Assembly: GCA_963773065.1 (NCBI GenBank)
Contig: CAVYZN010000032.1
Location: forward strand, 288,001-352,000
DNA from: an uncultured Gammaproteobacteria bacterium
GTDB lineage: Bacteria; Pseudomonadota; Gammaproteobacteria; UBA9214
DNA: 64,000 nucleotides
Reading direction: 5' to 3'
In this document: in pieces, positions 1 to 13,853 of the stretch
How positions within the stretch are numbered: the stretch's first letter is position 1
Layout of the letters: every line of letters starts with the position of its first letter
Notes under the pieces: generated by a model
What the model saw: the letters and a program-made list of their open reading frames with translations, nothing else
The model's database searches: none
What the model was told of the DNA's origin: nothing
Position numbers and translations under genes: made by a program

Positions 1-35
1 ACTACAGGCAAACAGGCTCAAGCAGCGATAAAATA

Positions 36-209
36 ACCGCAAAGACACGAAGGGCGCAAAGAAAATCTTGTTGCCACGGAATCCATGGAAGAGCATGGAA
101 TTGTCTAAAGAGCGGTTCGTGACTTCGCGATGGAATCCAAGTGCATGATAAACAAGCTGCGCTGATTTTCTATATTGGGTCTTCTCTGCGTACTTGGCGT
201 CTTTGCGGT
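36..209. repeat. Bipartite REP-like inverted repeat (ACCGCAAAG...CTTTGCGGT family) with a nested CCACGGAA/CATGGAA periodic repeat
   Basis: ACCGCAAAGACACGAAGGGCGCAAAG (36-61) pairs with CTCTGCGTACTTGGCGTCTTTGCGGT (184-209). Related copies lie at 8343-8416 and 42868-42956. Confidence 0.7.
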
Positions 210-283
210 GGGATATCATGGTCATACTGCATGGGTGATGGATCATGTCCGTCGATGCCGATCATTTGCTAAACTCTCGCGTC

Positions 284-1525
284 ATGAGCCTCTTGTCTGG
301 AAAACACATACTGCTTGGCGTAACCGGCGGCATCGCCGCCTACAAGAGCGCCGAGCTGGTGAGACGACTGCGCGAGCAGGGGGCGCTGGTGCGCGTGGTG
401 ATGACGGCCGCGGCGACACGCTTCATCACGCCATTGACACTGCAGGCGCTCTCCGGTCAGGCGGTGCACACCGACCTGCTCGATCCCGAAGCCGAGGCCG
501 CGATGGGGCATATCGAGCTGGCGCGCTGGGCGGACGCGCTGCTGGTGGCCCCGGCGACGGCGGATTTCCTGGCTCGTCTGGCGCAGGGACGCGCGAATGA
601 CTTGCTGGCGGCCGTCTGCCTGGTCTGCGAGGCGCCGCTGGCCGTGGCCCCGGCGATGAACCGCGCCATGTGGGAGAATGCCGCGACCGTGGAGAATCTC
701 GCCCTGTTGCGCCAGCGCGGCATTAAGGTCTTCGGCCCGGCGCAGGGGAGCCAGGCCTGCGGGGAAACCGGCCCCGGCCGCATGCTCGAGCCCGAGGAAC
801 TCGCCGGGGAGCTGGCCGGCCTGTTTCAGACCGGCGCCCTGGCGGGTTGCCGGGTGCTGGTGACGGCAGGGCCGACGCGTGAAGCGATTGACCCCGTGCG
901 GTATATCAGCAACCGCAGTTCCGGCAAGATGGGCTATGCCGTGGCCGGGGCGGCCGTTGAAGCCGGGGCCGCGGTCACGCTGGTCAGCGGCCCCGTGTCA
1001 CTGCCGATCCCCGCGCGGGTCGAACGCATCGACGTCGAAACGGCGGAAGAAATGCTGCGCGCGGTGATGGAACGCATCGACGGCATCGATATCTTCATCG
1101 CCGCCGCCGCCGTGGCGGACTACCGGCCGCGGGTCGTGGCGGAGGGGAAGATCAGGAAGTCCGCTCCTGATATGACGCTGGTGCTGGAGCGCAACCCGGA
1201 TATCCTGGCGGCCGTGGCAGCGATTCCCGGCGGGCCGTTTACGGTCGGGTTTGCCGCCGAGACCCATGCCCTTGAAGCAAACGCGACCGAGAAACGGCGG
1301 GCCAAGGCGCTGGACATGATCGCCGCCAATGCGGTCGGAACCGGGCTCGGCTTTGACACGGATGACAACGCGCTGGAGGTTTTTTGGGAAGGGGGCTCCA
1401 TTAGGCTTGCGCGGACCCGCAAGGACCGACTGGCGCGGCAATTGCTGGCGGTGATCGCCGCGCGTTATCACGGCAAACACAACCGGGAAACCGTAATAAA
1501 ACTTCATGCAAAAGATTCAGCTTAA
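284..1525 (+). CDS. coaBC: Bifunctional phosphopantothenoylcysteine decarboxylase / phosphopantothenate-cysteine ligase
   Basis: Motifs [53 protein letters not shown] and AAAVADY; adjacent to dut. An alternative start exists at 245. Confidence 0.97.
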   Translation: MSLLSGKHILLGVTGGIAAYKSAELVRRLREQGALVRVVMTAAATRFITPLTLQALSGQAVHTDLLDPEAEAAMGHIELARWADALLVAPATADFLARLAQGRANDLLAAVCLVCEAPLAVAPAMNRAMWENAATVENLALLRQRGIKVFGPAQGSQACGETGPGRMLEPEELAGELAGLFQTGALAGCRVLVTAGPTREAIDPVRYISNRSSGKMGYAVAGAAVEAGAAVTLVSGPVSLPIPARVERIDVETAEEMLRAVMERIDGIDIFIAAAAVADYRPRVVAEGKIRKSAPDMTLVLERNPDILAAVAAIPGGPFTVGFAAETHALEANATEKRRAKALDMIAANAVGTGLGFDTDDNALEVFWEGGSIRLARTRKDRLARQLLAVIAARYHGKHNRETVIKLHAKDSA

Positions 1526-1961
1526 GATCCTCGATGGCCGTCTGGGGAACGAGTTTCCCTTGCCCCATTACGCGACTGATGGCGCCGCCGGCATGGATAT
1601 GCGCGCCTGTGTCGATGCCCCCCTGGTGATCGCGCCGGGCGAGACACAGTTGATCCCGACCGGCCTGGCGATCCATATCCAGGAACCCGGGCTGGCCGCG
1701 ATGCTGTTGCCGCGTTCGGGTCTCGGCCACAAACACGGCATCGTGCTGGGCAATCTGGTGGGCCTGATCGACTCGGATTACCAGGGGCAGGTATTCGTTT
1801 CCTGCTGGAATCGTGGCGGTGAGACCTTCACCGTACAGCCCGGCGAACGCATAGCCCAGATGGTGATCGTGCCGGTGGTGCATGCTGATTTCGAGGTGGT
1901 TGAGGAGTTTGCGGCCAGCGCGCGCGGTGTGGGTGGATTTGGCCACACTGGCCGTCATTGA
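1506..1961 (+). CDS. dut: dUTP diphosphatase
   Basis: Motifs [25 protein letters not shown] and [10 protein letters not shown]. Confidence 0.98.
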   Translation: MQKIQLKILDGRLGNEFPLPHYATDGAAGMDMRACVDAPLVIAPGETQLIPTGLAIHIQEPGLAAMLLPRSGLGHKHGIVLGNLVGLIDSDYQGQVFVSCWNRGGETFTVQPGERIAQMVIVPVVHADFEVVEEFAASARGVGGFGHTGRH

Positions 1962-1965
1962 CCGG

Positions 1966-1992
1966 TGAACAAGGCGGACGGCTTGCCGATAA
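1966..1992 (+). promoter_or_regulatory. Putative sigma28 (FliA-type) promoter upstream of long algC
   Basis: TGAA-N15-GCCGATAA, with a perfect -10 box. Confidence 0.45.
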
Positions 1993-2112
1993 GCTTGGGG
2001 CAAAACAAGGGACCATGATGAACTTCTCACTACCCATCCTTACCAAATTCAGAAAGGCCGATACCGATAAAGCGAGGCCGCAGGCAACGGCGGGCAGCCG
2101 GGACGGCCGACG

Positions 2113-5637
<3,525 letters not shown>

Positions 5638-6271
5638 TTACTTGTTGGACGTCAGTTCCTGGTAACGTTTGATGTCCATCATCAAATTTGCTTCGCGATT
5701 TCTTCCTTTTCATCGGTGCTTGATCTTCACGAATTCCTCGTTCTGCTGGATCTGCTCCTGGGTATTCTTCATCTGATTCACCAGCCCTTCGGGGAGCTTC
5801 TTGCCGCTGCGCTCGAATTCCGCGGCATCGTCCGTGAGTTCGTTAAGATGTTTCTCCATGGAATCAAGGCGGCTGTTTGTCAACTGGATGAGCGTTTCCA
5901 CGGAAGCGATCTTGCTGTCGCGCGCCTGCAGCATGTCTTCCTCGCTTGAATAGGTCGAGAGCAGGCTATGGTCACGTACCGCCTGTTGATCGGCGAGTTT
6001 CTTCTCTTCGGCCTTTTTTTTCGCAAGCGTGTTCCGCCGTCGGCCTTTTGCTCCGGCGTTTTGGCGGCTTCGTAGACCTTGACGGTTCGGCCCTGGTCGT
6101 TGATGACGCTGCGTTCCTGGTTTGCGTATTGGGGGGGACTCGGTCACCGTACTGGGTATTTCCCGATTCATCGACCCACTTGAATATACGTTCCGCGAAG
6201 ACCTCACTGCCCGTTAGCAGTGCCGGCAGTAAAATCAGGCAAGGAATATAAGATGAATGGGCAAATTTCAT
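5638..6271 (-). CDS. Secreted DUF4124-type protein with a C-terminal coiled coil (frameshifted)
   Basis: Signal peptide followed by IFKWVDESGNTQYGDRVPP. The downstream frame gives RDHSLLSTYSSEEDMLQARD and a coiled coil. Indels fall at G7 (6131-6137) and a T-run (~6014-6021). Confidence 0.75.
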
Positions 6272-6361
6272 GATGTGAGAATTCCTGTTTCTAGCCATGT
6301 GTTGTGCTCCACAATGCATGGGGATTATATACCCAATGCGACGGATAACCGGGGAGCTACG

Positions 6362-6628
6362 GTGAACGGGCTGGGAACAAGTCATGCTTTTCCTGGTGTC
6401 ACTGGCGGCCAACCTGTTCTCGGCGTTTTCCGGGGGTGGTGCCGGACTTATCCAGTTGCCGGTGCTGATCTTTCTGGGCCTTCCCTTTGCCATCGCGCTG
6501 GCGACTCATAAAGTCGCCAGTGTCGCGTTAGGTATCGGCGCGACCATACGCCACTTGAGAGAAGAGGCGCTGGAGCGTCGTCCGAGCTGGTGACACTGTT
6601 GGTGGGGGTGAAGCTGATCGTGGGTTAG
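6362..6628 (+). pseudogene. TSUP (TauE/SafE sulfite exporter family) gene with a large internal deletion
   Basis: The N-terminus (SLAANLFSAFSGGGAGLIQLPVL...ALATHKVASVALG) is joined at ~6580, out of frame, to a typical C-terminus (ELVTLLVGVKLIVG*). Confidence 0.7.
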
Positions 6629-6656
6629 GTCACCCGTCACGCGCTTGTCTTTGTTT

Positions 6657-7298
6657 TCAAACGCCATACCGTGTGCGGTAGTCGAGTATTTTCTTGACAT
6701 CGTCACCGCGATCCGGTTTCTTCCGCAGATACCGCACCAGGTGTTCCAGTGTTACGATGCTGATAACCGTTATTCCCAGCGTCTCCTCGACTTCCTGGAT
6801 GGCCGAGCGTTCATCACGGCCCCGTTCCTGGCGGTCCAGTGCGATGACCACGCCGGCCGGCGTGGCGCCGGCGGCCTGGATGATGTCGACGGACTCACGA
6901 ATGGCGGTACCCGCCGTGATGACATCGTCGATGATCAGCACCCTGCCGGATAATCCGGCGCCAACCAGATTCCCGCCTTCGCCATGGTCCTTGGTTTCCT
7001 TGCGGTTGAAACACCAGGGTACGTCACGGTTGTGGTGATCCGCCAGGGCAATGCCGGCCGCCGCTGCCAGGGGGATGCCCTTGTAGGCCGGCCCGAACAG
7101 GACATCAAAACGGATCCGGTTGTCGACGATGGCCTGCGCGTAGAAACGTCCCAGTCGGGCGAGGTGTTTGCCGGTATTGAACAATCCTGCATTGAAGAAA
7201 TAAGGACTGAGACGTCCCGACTTGAGGGTGAAATCGCCAAAACGCAGCACGCCGGCGTCGATGGCAAATTCAATAAATTCGTGTTGGTAGGCTTTCAT
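6657..7298 (-). CDS. pyrE: Orotate phosphoribosyltransferase
   Basis: Motifs [35 protein letters not shown] and [11 protein letters not shown]. Confidence 0.98.
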   Translation of the reverse strand: MKAYQHEFIEFAIDAGVLRFGDFTLKSGRLSPYFFNAGLFNTGKHLARLGRFYAQAIVDNRIRFDVLFGPAYKGIPLAAAAGIALADHHNRDVPWCFNRKETKDHGEGGNLVGAGLSGRVLIIDDVITAGTAIRESVDIIQAAGATPAGVVIALDRQERGRDERSAIQEVEETLGITVISIVTLEHLVRYLRKKPDRGDDVKKILDYRTRYGV

Positions 7299-7511
7299 TA
7301 TCGGACAGACTGGTTCAATAATTGACCGCTGCGGCGCAGAGGACGTGATCGGCATTGCCCGTTTGTGGCAGCCGGGAAGATCCGGCAAGAAATTTCCTAC
7401 GTTATCGGTATCCATGGCGTTCTCTGTATCGCTACGGTGAAAGACTAGGCCCGGGCAGACGAATCATCGACGACCCGCTATCATACACGCGGAATCGAGT
7501 CAGGGAAAAAC

Positions 7512-8285
7512 ATGCGCATCATCACCATCAATGTGAACGGCATACGTTCGGCCGCCGGCAAGGGTTTCTTTCAATGGATGGTCCGGCAGCAGGCGGATGT
7601 GGTTTGCCTGCAGGAAACCAAGGCGCAGTTGCAACAGCTTGAAGATCAGGTATTCCAGCCGCGCGGCTGGCACGCGTATTTTCACGATGCCGAGAAGAAG
7701 GGTTACAGCGGCGTCGCCATCTACACCCGGCGCAGGCCCGACAAGGTCATTACCGGCCTGGGGTGGCCGGATATGGATGCCGAAGGGCGTTTTATCGAGG
7801 CGCGCTACGGGGCGCTGAGCGTGATCTCGCTATACCTGCCCTCCGGCTCCTCCGGCGAGGAACGCCAGGCCATCAAGTTCAGCTTTCTCGACCGCTTCAT
7901 GCCTTATCTGCGCAAGCTGCGTCTCAAGCGGCGTGAATACATCCTCTGCGGCGACTGGAATATCGCGCACCGGCAGATCGACCTGAAAAACTGGCGCGGC
8001 AACCAGAAGAACTCCGGTTTTTTGCCGCAGGAGCGTGCCTGGATGGATGAGTTGTTTGGCGATGCCGGCTATGTAGACGCCTTCCGGGTGGTGAACCAGG
8101 AACCGGACCAGTACACCTGGTGGTCTAACCGCGGCCAGGCTTGGGCCAAAAATGTCGGATGGCGCATCGACTACCAGGTCGTCAGTCCAGGGCTGGCCGG
8201 ACTGGTGCGGGGCGCGCGCATCTACAAGGCCAAACGCTTCTCCGACCATGCGCCGCTGATTATGGATTACGATTATCAGTTGTAG
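7512..8285 (+). CDS. xth: Exodeoxyribonuclease III / AP endonuclease (Crc-like clade, catalytic residues intact)
   Basis: Motifs NVNG, LQETK, YLPSG, GDWNIAH, GWRIDY and SDHAP; divergent from pyrE. Confidence 0.92.
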   Translation: MRIITINVNGIRSAAGKGFFQWMVRQQADVVCLQETKAQLQQLEDQVFQPRGWHAYFHDAEKKGYSGVAIYTRRRPDKVITGLGWPDMDAEGRFIEARYGALSVISLYLPSGSSGEERQAIKFSFLDRFMPYLRKLRLKRREYILCGDWNIAHRQIDLKNWRGNQKNSGFLPQERAWMDELFGDAGYVDAFRVVNQEPDQYTWWSNRGQAWAKNVGWRIDYQVVSPGLAGLVRGARIYKAKRFSDHAPLIMDYDYQL

Positions 8286-8342
8286 CGGTGATGCGGGTTG
8301 ATCGTCCCTTTCACGGTTGGAGCCGGTAGGGGTGCGTTGTTG

Positions 8343-8416
8343 AACCGCCAAGAATGCCAAGATTTTTCACTTTATATTTAGAACGTTTTTCCTGACTTCC
8401 TTGGTGTCTTGGCGGT
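8343..8416. repeat. REP-like inverted repeat (ACCGCCAAG family) between convergent genes
   Basis: AACCGCCAAGAATGCCAAG pairs with CTTGGTGTCTTGGCGGT across an AT-rich spacer. Confidence 0.65.
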
Positions 8417-8444
8417 GGGCGAATCATTCAGGGATTCTTTCCGG

Positions 8445-9938
8445 CTAGCGCTGTCCCCAGTCTTGCTGCTGTTCCGCATACGCCATCATCTTCCTGACCC
8501 ACGGCAGCAGCAGGTAGGCAGGGAAGGCGAGAAAGAAGGTCAGCAGAAAATAATCGGCGTAGCCGAGGGTCTCGGCGCCATACCCCCCGGCCCAGCCGGA
8601 GACGGAACGACTCAGCGCGAACACGGAAGACAGCAGCGCATACTCCGTGGCCGAGTGTCTTTTGTTGACGATGGACATCAGGAAGGCGAGAAAGGCCGCG
8701 GTGCCCAGTCCGCCAGTGAAGGATTCGATGGCGCTGGCGAGGTACATCAGCACCTGATGGTTAGCGGCGATGGGGGTGCCCGGGGCGATGGCCGGGATGA
8801 CGCTGGCGGCCCAGGCGTAGCCCAGATTGGAGGCCGCCTGCAGCAGGCCTAGCACCCATAATCCTCTGAAAATACCCACCCGGTCGGTAAACCAGCCGCC
8901 CGTGATGCCGCCGGCAATGGACAGGCCCAGACCGATATTCACCGAGACCAGACCGATCTGGGTGGCGGTGAAGCCGCTGTCGACCCAGAAGGGTTTGATC
9001 ATGAAGCCCATGGCGCTGTCGCCGAGCTTGAACACCAGTATGAACAGGATGACCGGGAGTATGTAGGGCCGTTGCAGCATGTCCAGCAGGGCGCCGAACA
9101 TCGGACCTTCGACGAGTGGTGCGCGCGCGATCGCGCGCTTGCGCCCCCCCCGTCGAGAATACATTTCACTGCACAGGATCAGCAGCGCGGCGCTGGCAAG
9201 GGCATACCGCCAGAAATGGTCGATGGCGTCAGACCATGCCGCGGTACGGTCTATCAGCCACAGCACACCCAGCAGGAACAGGATAACGACTGTGAAGGCC
9301 AGCGGATGGGCCAGCAAGCCTCGCAGTTCATTGGCAAGTGTAATGCCCGCGACCGTTTCAACGTCCCGCTCCCGTGGCGCCTTGAGGCAGGCCAGCCCGG
9401 CCAGGAGAAAAATGCCGGCTCCCGCGATATAGGCGCCTGGCCAGCCAAGGATATCGGCGAATATCAGGATGAAGCCTGCCGCCAGCATGCCGACGCGGTA
9501 GAAGGCGATGCGCAGTCCATTGGCACGTCCAAGTTCGCGCTTGTCGAGCATTTCAATGGTGAAGCCGTCGATGGCGATGTCGTTGGTGGCCGAGAGCAGG
9601 GTGAAGGTACCGATGGCAACCCAGACCCAGGGACCGAACTCGGCATATACCGCGAATACCAGCAGGATAGCGCCCATGAGGAAATCGGCGCCGAACATCC
9701 AGCGCCGGTGATGCCGGAAATGATCCACCGCCGGGGCCCACAGGAACTTCAGGGTCCAGGTCAGGCCGAGCAGGCTAAGGAAACCGATCCCGGTGAGGTT
9801 CACTCCCTGTTGGCGAAAATGTACGGGAAAGACATCGTAGAAAACGCCCAGGGGGAAACCCTCGGCGAAATAGAGGATGCCGACCCAGAACAACTTCGAC
9901 TGAAGCAAAACTGGGGATGTATGTTTGCTTTCGATCAA
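8445..9938 (-). CDS. ampG: AmpG-family MFS muropeptide transporter
   Basis: Motifs YFAEGFP, WTLKFLWAP, SATNDIAIDG, YRVGM, KLGDS and SATEYALLSS; many TM helices. Confidence 0.85.
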   Translation of the reverse strand: MIESKHTSPVLLQSKLFWVGILYFAEGFPLGVFYDVFPVHFRQQGVNLTGIGFLSLLGLTWTLKFLWAPAVDHFRHHRRWMFGADFLMGAILLVFAVYAEFGPWVWVAIGTFTLLSATNDIAIDGFTIEMLDKRELGRANGLRIAFYRVGMLAAGFILIFADILGWPGAYIAGAGIFLLAGLACLKAPRERDVETVAGITLANELRGLLAHPLAFTVVILFLLGVLWLIDRTAAWSDAIDHFWRYALASAALLILCSEMYSRRGGRKRAIARAPLVEGPMFGALLDMLQRPYILPVILFILVFKLGDSAMGFMIKPFWVDSGFTATQIGLVSVNIGLGLSIAGGITGGWFTDRVGIFRGLWVLGLLQAASNLGYAWAASVIPAIAPGTPIAANHQVLMYLASAIESFTGGLGTAAFLAFLMSIVNKRHSATEYALLSSVFALSRSVSGWAGGYGAETLGYADYFLLTFFLAFPAYLLLPWVRKMMAYAEQQQDWGQR

Positions 9939-10052
9939 TGGGATGTATCTTGTCGTTGTTCAGTCATCAGTGCGTGCCGCCATTGCTGTGCGCTGCTGCG
10001 GGCGGGTGTGCGCTGTGATCCCTTCAGGCGTGGAGACCGTAGCAGTTTATGA

Positions 10053-10090
10053 GCAAAAACGCCCGGATTCGTTCGAGCCGGGCGTTTTGA
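10053..10090 (-). terminator. Rho-independent terminator after the yggT-yggU-DUF4426 unit
   Basis: GCAAAAACGCCCGGA-loop-CCGGGCGTTTTG hairpin with A/T tails. Confidence 0.7.
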
Positions 10091-10113
10091 CCGCGGCTGG
10101 CATCTGCAACCGT

Positions 10114-10566
10114 TCAGTGGGTGTAGAAGTCCTGACTGAAATCTATCTTGAAGTATTCCTGTGTGCCCTGGGGATGCACCCTGACATCGAATTTCACGCT
10201 CTCTTCGTTGGCGACGCCGAATTCTCCGATGTAGTAGATGGCGTTCCCCTCGCGTACTTCGCGCATGTGTATCTTCCTGCTCTGCCCGTTGAGGTTAGTC
10301 GCGGTCGCTTCAACCTGGGCGTGTACCGGTTGACCGGGGCTGCCGAGTACTTTCTTCAATACCGTGATGTTCACCATGCCGTTATTCTGGCTGCGGGTGA
10401 TATGGTATTCACGCGCAACATCGGGAGTCAGCATGTCAGTTGCGAGCGAGTTGAAGTGAACTACATAATCGCCAAAATCCCGCGAATTCTCCGCGTGCAC
10501 GCTCAGAGTTGCGCAGGTGAACGCCAGTCCGGACAGCCATGCAATCCCGATACGTTTCAGACTCAA
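10114..10566 (-). CDS. DUF4426-family periplasmic protein
   Basis: Signal peptide followed by FGDYVVHFN, LTPDVAREYHITRS and EVREGNAIYYIGEF. TTG start after GAGGAG. Typical neighbour of yggT/yggU. Confidence 0.85.
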   Translation of the reverse strand: MSLKRIGIAWLSGLAFTCATLSVHAENSRDFGDYVVHFNSLATDMLTPDVAREYHITRSQNNGMVNITVLKKVLGSPGQPVHAQVEATATNLNGQSRKIHMREVREGNAIYYIGEFGVANEESVKFDVRVHPQGTQEYFKIDFSQDFYTH

Positions 10567-10750
10567 ATATCTCTCCTCTCTGATATTCACGCGGCTGATC
10601 ATAGCTTGTTGTTCTCCACATACCCTGGTTTACCGCTCTGTCGATAACTTATCAGGCACACGCGCATAGGTACAATATCTTTCACGCACACGCATCCGGT
10701 TGCACGGCGGGCGCAGATCCCATGCGTGGCGGCACCGGTTGGCACCCGCC

Positions 10751-11047
10751 TCAGGGTGTCGCGGCCTTGATCTCATCCGGCAGCCTGCGGGGCCGGCGTA
10801 TGCGCAGGCGTTTGCTGCGGCTGCCATGGCCGGACAACAACTCGACCTGGCTGCGCGGTACGTCGAACAGCTTTGACAGGTAACGTATCAGGTGATCGTT
10901 GGCTCTGCCGTCAACCGGCGTCGCGGTGATCTTGATTTTCAAACGATCGCCATGCGTGCCGGCCAGCGTGTCGTTAGACGCCCCTGGCTGCAAGTGGATG
11001 GCGAGGATCAGGTCGTCACTTTCCCAGTGATACCAGGGGACAGGCAT
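10751..11047 (-). CDS. yggU: DUF167 / YggU family protein
   Basis: Motifs LQPGAS, KITATPVDGRANDHL and GHGSRSK. Confidence 0.9.
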   Translation of the reverse strand: MPVPWYHWESDDLILAIHLQPGASNDTLAGTHGDRLKIKITATPVDGRANDHLIRYLSKLFDVPRSQVELLSGHGSRSKRLRIRRPRRLPDEIKAATP

Positions 11048-11055
11048 GTCGGGGT

Positions 11056-11610
11056 TCAGACGAGCAGCGGCAGGACCAACATCCTGAGGACCTGCAAGCC
11101 GATAAGCGCAAACAATGGCGACAGGTCAATGCCGGCTATGGGCGGGAGGAGTTGCCGTATTGGCCGCAGCAGCGGGCTGGTGAGGCTGTGCAGCAGTGAA
11201 TTGACCGGGTTGTAGCTACCCGGGTTCATCCAACTGATGATGACCTGGACGATAATGGCGAAGATGAAGACATTGATCAGCAGCGAGAACAGAGTGGCCA
11301 GCGTGGCGATGATCAGTACCGCGGAGGATATGCCTTCTCCCCGCAGCAGCAGAATCAATGTGAGCGATACCAGTTGCAGGATGATCATCAGTATCACGGC
11401 CGCCGAGTCAAACTTGCCGATGCTGGGTATAATCTTGCGCAACGGCACCAGCAGGGGATTGGTGATGCGTACCAGGAACTGGCTTATGGGATTGTAGAAA
11501 TCGGCGTGCACCGCGCCGAACAGAAAGCGCAACATGACAGCCAGAATGTACAGGCTGAACAGGGTGCTGATGAGGAACTCCAGCGGATTGATAAGGTAAT
11601 CGTCGCCCAT
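11056..11610 (-). CDS. yggT: YggT family membrane protein
   Basis: ADFYNPISQFLVRITNP and IAGIDLSP repeats; follows proC. Confidence 0.93.
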   Translation of the reverse strand: MGDDYLINPLEFLISTLFSLYILAVMLRFLFGAVHADFYNPISQFLVRITNPLLVPLRKIIPSIGKFDSAAVILMIILQLVSLTLILLLRGEGISSAVLIIATLATLFSLLINVFIFAIIVQVIISWMNPGSYNPVNSLLHSLTSPLLRPIRQLLPPIAGIDLSPLFALIGLQVLRMLVLPLLV

Positions 11611-12437
11611 TATTTCCTGCCGAATTCCGCGGCCAGCTCACGGGATCGGTCGGCGGCGGCCCGCAACGCTTGTAGAACTATCCCCTCGAAGTTGTTTTCC
11701 TTGAATACTCCGATGGCGCGTTCCGTGGTTCCACCCGGGGAGGTCACGCGGCGTCTGAGTTTCGCGGCATCCTCATCGCTTTCCAGGGCCATCTTGGCCG
11801 CGCCGAAGGCGGTTTGCAGCGCCAGCAGCCGGGCCGTGTCCTCAGGCAGGCCCAGTTGGCTGCCGGCGGATGTCAGCGCTTCCATCAGCAGGAAGAAGTA
11901 GGCCGGGCCACTGCCAGAGAGGGCGGTAACGGCATCCATCATGGCCTCATCATCCACCCAGATGGCAAGGCCGACGGCGCGCAGGATGGATTCGGCCAGG
12001 TTGCGCTGTTCCTCGCTGACGACGGAGTTCGCATACAGAGCGGTGGCGCCACATTGCACCAGGGCCGGTGTGTTCGGCATGGTGCGGACGATGGCGGTCT
12101 CTTCCCCCAGCCAGTCGCGCAGCGAGGTTTCGCGTATGCCGGCGGCAATCGAGATGACCAGCGGATGCCGCTCATTGATGAGCGGCGCCAATTCCTCGGC
12201 AACGGTCCTGATGACCTGTGGCTTGACGGCCAGCACGACCGCGTCGGCGTGTTTGACGGCTGTGCGGTTGTCCGCCGTGGTTATGACGGAAAAGCGCCGG
12301 GCGAGACGTCCGGTCTGCTGCGGGTCAGGATCAGCGACGTGAATCCGCGCGGGCTTCCAGCCATCCGCGATCAGGCCCCCGACCAGGCTACCGGTCATGT
12401 TGCCGCCGCCGATAAAGGCGAGTGTGGTCTCGGTCAT
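11610..12437 (-). CDS. proC: Pyrroline-5-carboxylate reductase
   Basis: Motifs FIGGGNM, AVKPQ, RTMPNTP, TALSGSGPAY and VTSPGGTT. Confidence 0.97.
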   Translation of the reverse strand: MTETTLAFIGGGNMTGSLVGGLIADGWKPARIHVADPDPQQTGRLARRFSVITTADNRTAVKHADAVVLAVKPQVIRTVAEELAPLINERHPLVISIAAGIRETSLRDWLGEETAIVRTMPNTPALVQCGATALYANSVVSEEQRNLAESILRAVGLAIWVDDEAMMDAVTALSGSGPAYFFLLMEALTSAGSQLGLPEDTARLLALQTAFGAAKMALESDEDAAKLRRRVTSPGGTTERAIGVFKENNFEGIVLQALRAAADRSRELAAEFGRK

Positions 12438-12735
12438 GGGCAATGACAATACATGATGAAAGCGTGGCAGGACAAGCCGTAGTCCACTCCATGTCAAAGC
12501 ATAGGGGAACAGCCATGCGGGGTAGTCCGTGGTTATCGGGACGCCTGACTACGTGAATTATTCCATGGCAGGATACTTTGTTTATGCTTGCTAAATTGCC
12601 ATATATCGGCATACTCCAAGCACAGGCCTACGGCAACTGAGCGCAGGGTCGAGGCGTAGTTCCTGATGAATCGATGTAAACGGCAGATACATCACACTGT
12701 CCAGCGTGCGCGGAATGTCGTTGGCAGGGAATATT

Positions 12736-12762
12736 TCAAGGATTCAATGTCACTGTCGATAT
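12736..12762 (+). promoter_or_regulatory. Putative sigma28 promoter of pilTU
   Basis: TCAAG-N14-GTCGATAT, ending 34 bp before the pilT ATG. Confidence 0.55.
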
Positions 12763-12795
12763 GCTGTAACCGGCAATAAATGTAATGGAGCAGGC

Positions 12796-13833
12796 ATGGA
12801 TATCGCTGAGCTACTCACCTTCAGTGTCAAAAACGGTGCATCGGACCTTCACCTGTCCGCGGGCCTTCCGCCGATGATCCGTGTGGATGGCGACGTTCGC
12901 AAGATCAATGTCCCGGCGCTGGATCACAAGACCGTGCACGGCCTGGTCTATGACATCATGAATGACAAGCAGCGCAAGGACTATGAAGAGTTTCTGGAAA
13001 CCGACTTTTCCTTCGAGATCCCCGAACTTGCCCGCTTCCGTGTCAACGCCTTCAACCAAAACCGGGGCGCCGGGGCGGTATTCCGTACCATTCCTTCGGA
13101 TATTCTCAGTCTGGAAGACTTGGGAACACCTCCCATCTTCAAGAAAATCGCCGATAACCCGCGCGGCCTGGTGCTGGTCACCGGTCCAACCGGTTCGGGC
13201 AAATCCACCACCCTGGCGGCGATGATCGACTACATCAACAACAAGGCGTATGCGCACATCCTGACCATCGAGGACCCCATCGAATTTGTACACGAGAGCA
13301 AGAAATGCCTCATCAACCAGCGCGAGGTGCACCGCGATACCCACGGATTCAATGAGGCGCTGCGCTCTGCCTTGCGTGAAGATCCGGACATCATCCTCGT
13401 CGGTGAAATGCGTGACCTGGAGACCATCCGGCTCGCGCTGACCGCGGCCGAGACCGGCCACCTCGTGTTCGGCACGCTGCATACCAGTTCGGCGGCGAAG
13501 ACCATTGACCGTATAATTGACGTGTTCCCTGCCGCCGAAAAGACCATGGTGCGCTCCATGTTGTCCGAATCACTGCGTGCGGTAATCGCCCAGACGCTGA
13601 TGAAGAAGATCGGGGGCGGGCGTATCGCGGGCTGGGAGATCATGATCGGCACGCCGGCGATTCGCAACCTGATTCGTGAAGACAAAGTGGCCCAGATGTA
13701 TTCCTCCATACAGACCGGGCAGGCCCACGGGATGATCACCATGGACCAGTATCTGCAGGACCTGGTTTCGCGCGGCTTGGTAACGGTACAGGATGCGCGC
13801 GCCAAGGCGGTCAGCAAGGAATCGTTCCAGTAA
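12796..13833 (+). CDS. pilT: Type IV pilus retraction ATPase PilT
   Basis: Motifs GPTGSGKST, TIEDPIE, LREDPD, GEMRD, HLVFGTLH and AIRNLIRE. Confidence 0.98.
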   Translation: MDIAELLTFSVKNGASDLHLSAGLPPMIRVDGDVRKINVPALDHKTVHGLVYDIMNDKQRKDYEEFLETDFSFEIPELARFRVNAFNQNRGAGAVFRTIPSDILSLEDLGTPPIFKKIADNPRGLVLVTGPTGSGKSTTLAAMIDYINNKAYAHILTIEDPIEFVHESKKCLINQREVHRDTHGFNEALRSALREDPDIILVGEMRDLETIRLALTAAETGHLVFGTLHTSSAAKTIDRIIDVFPAAEKTMVRSMLSESLRAVIAQTLMKKIGGGRIAGWEIMIGTPAIRNLIREDKVAQMYSSIQTGQAHGMITMDQYLQDLVSRGLVTVQDARAKAVSKESFQ

Positions 13834-13853
13834 TTTACACACGGAGAACGCCG

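Noticed and set aside
12388-12612. 74-aa minus-strand ORF as a yggS remnant
   Set aside because: Only a vague N-terminal resemblance, with no AVSK or other YggS motifs.
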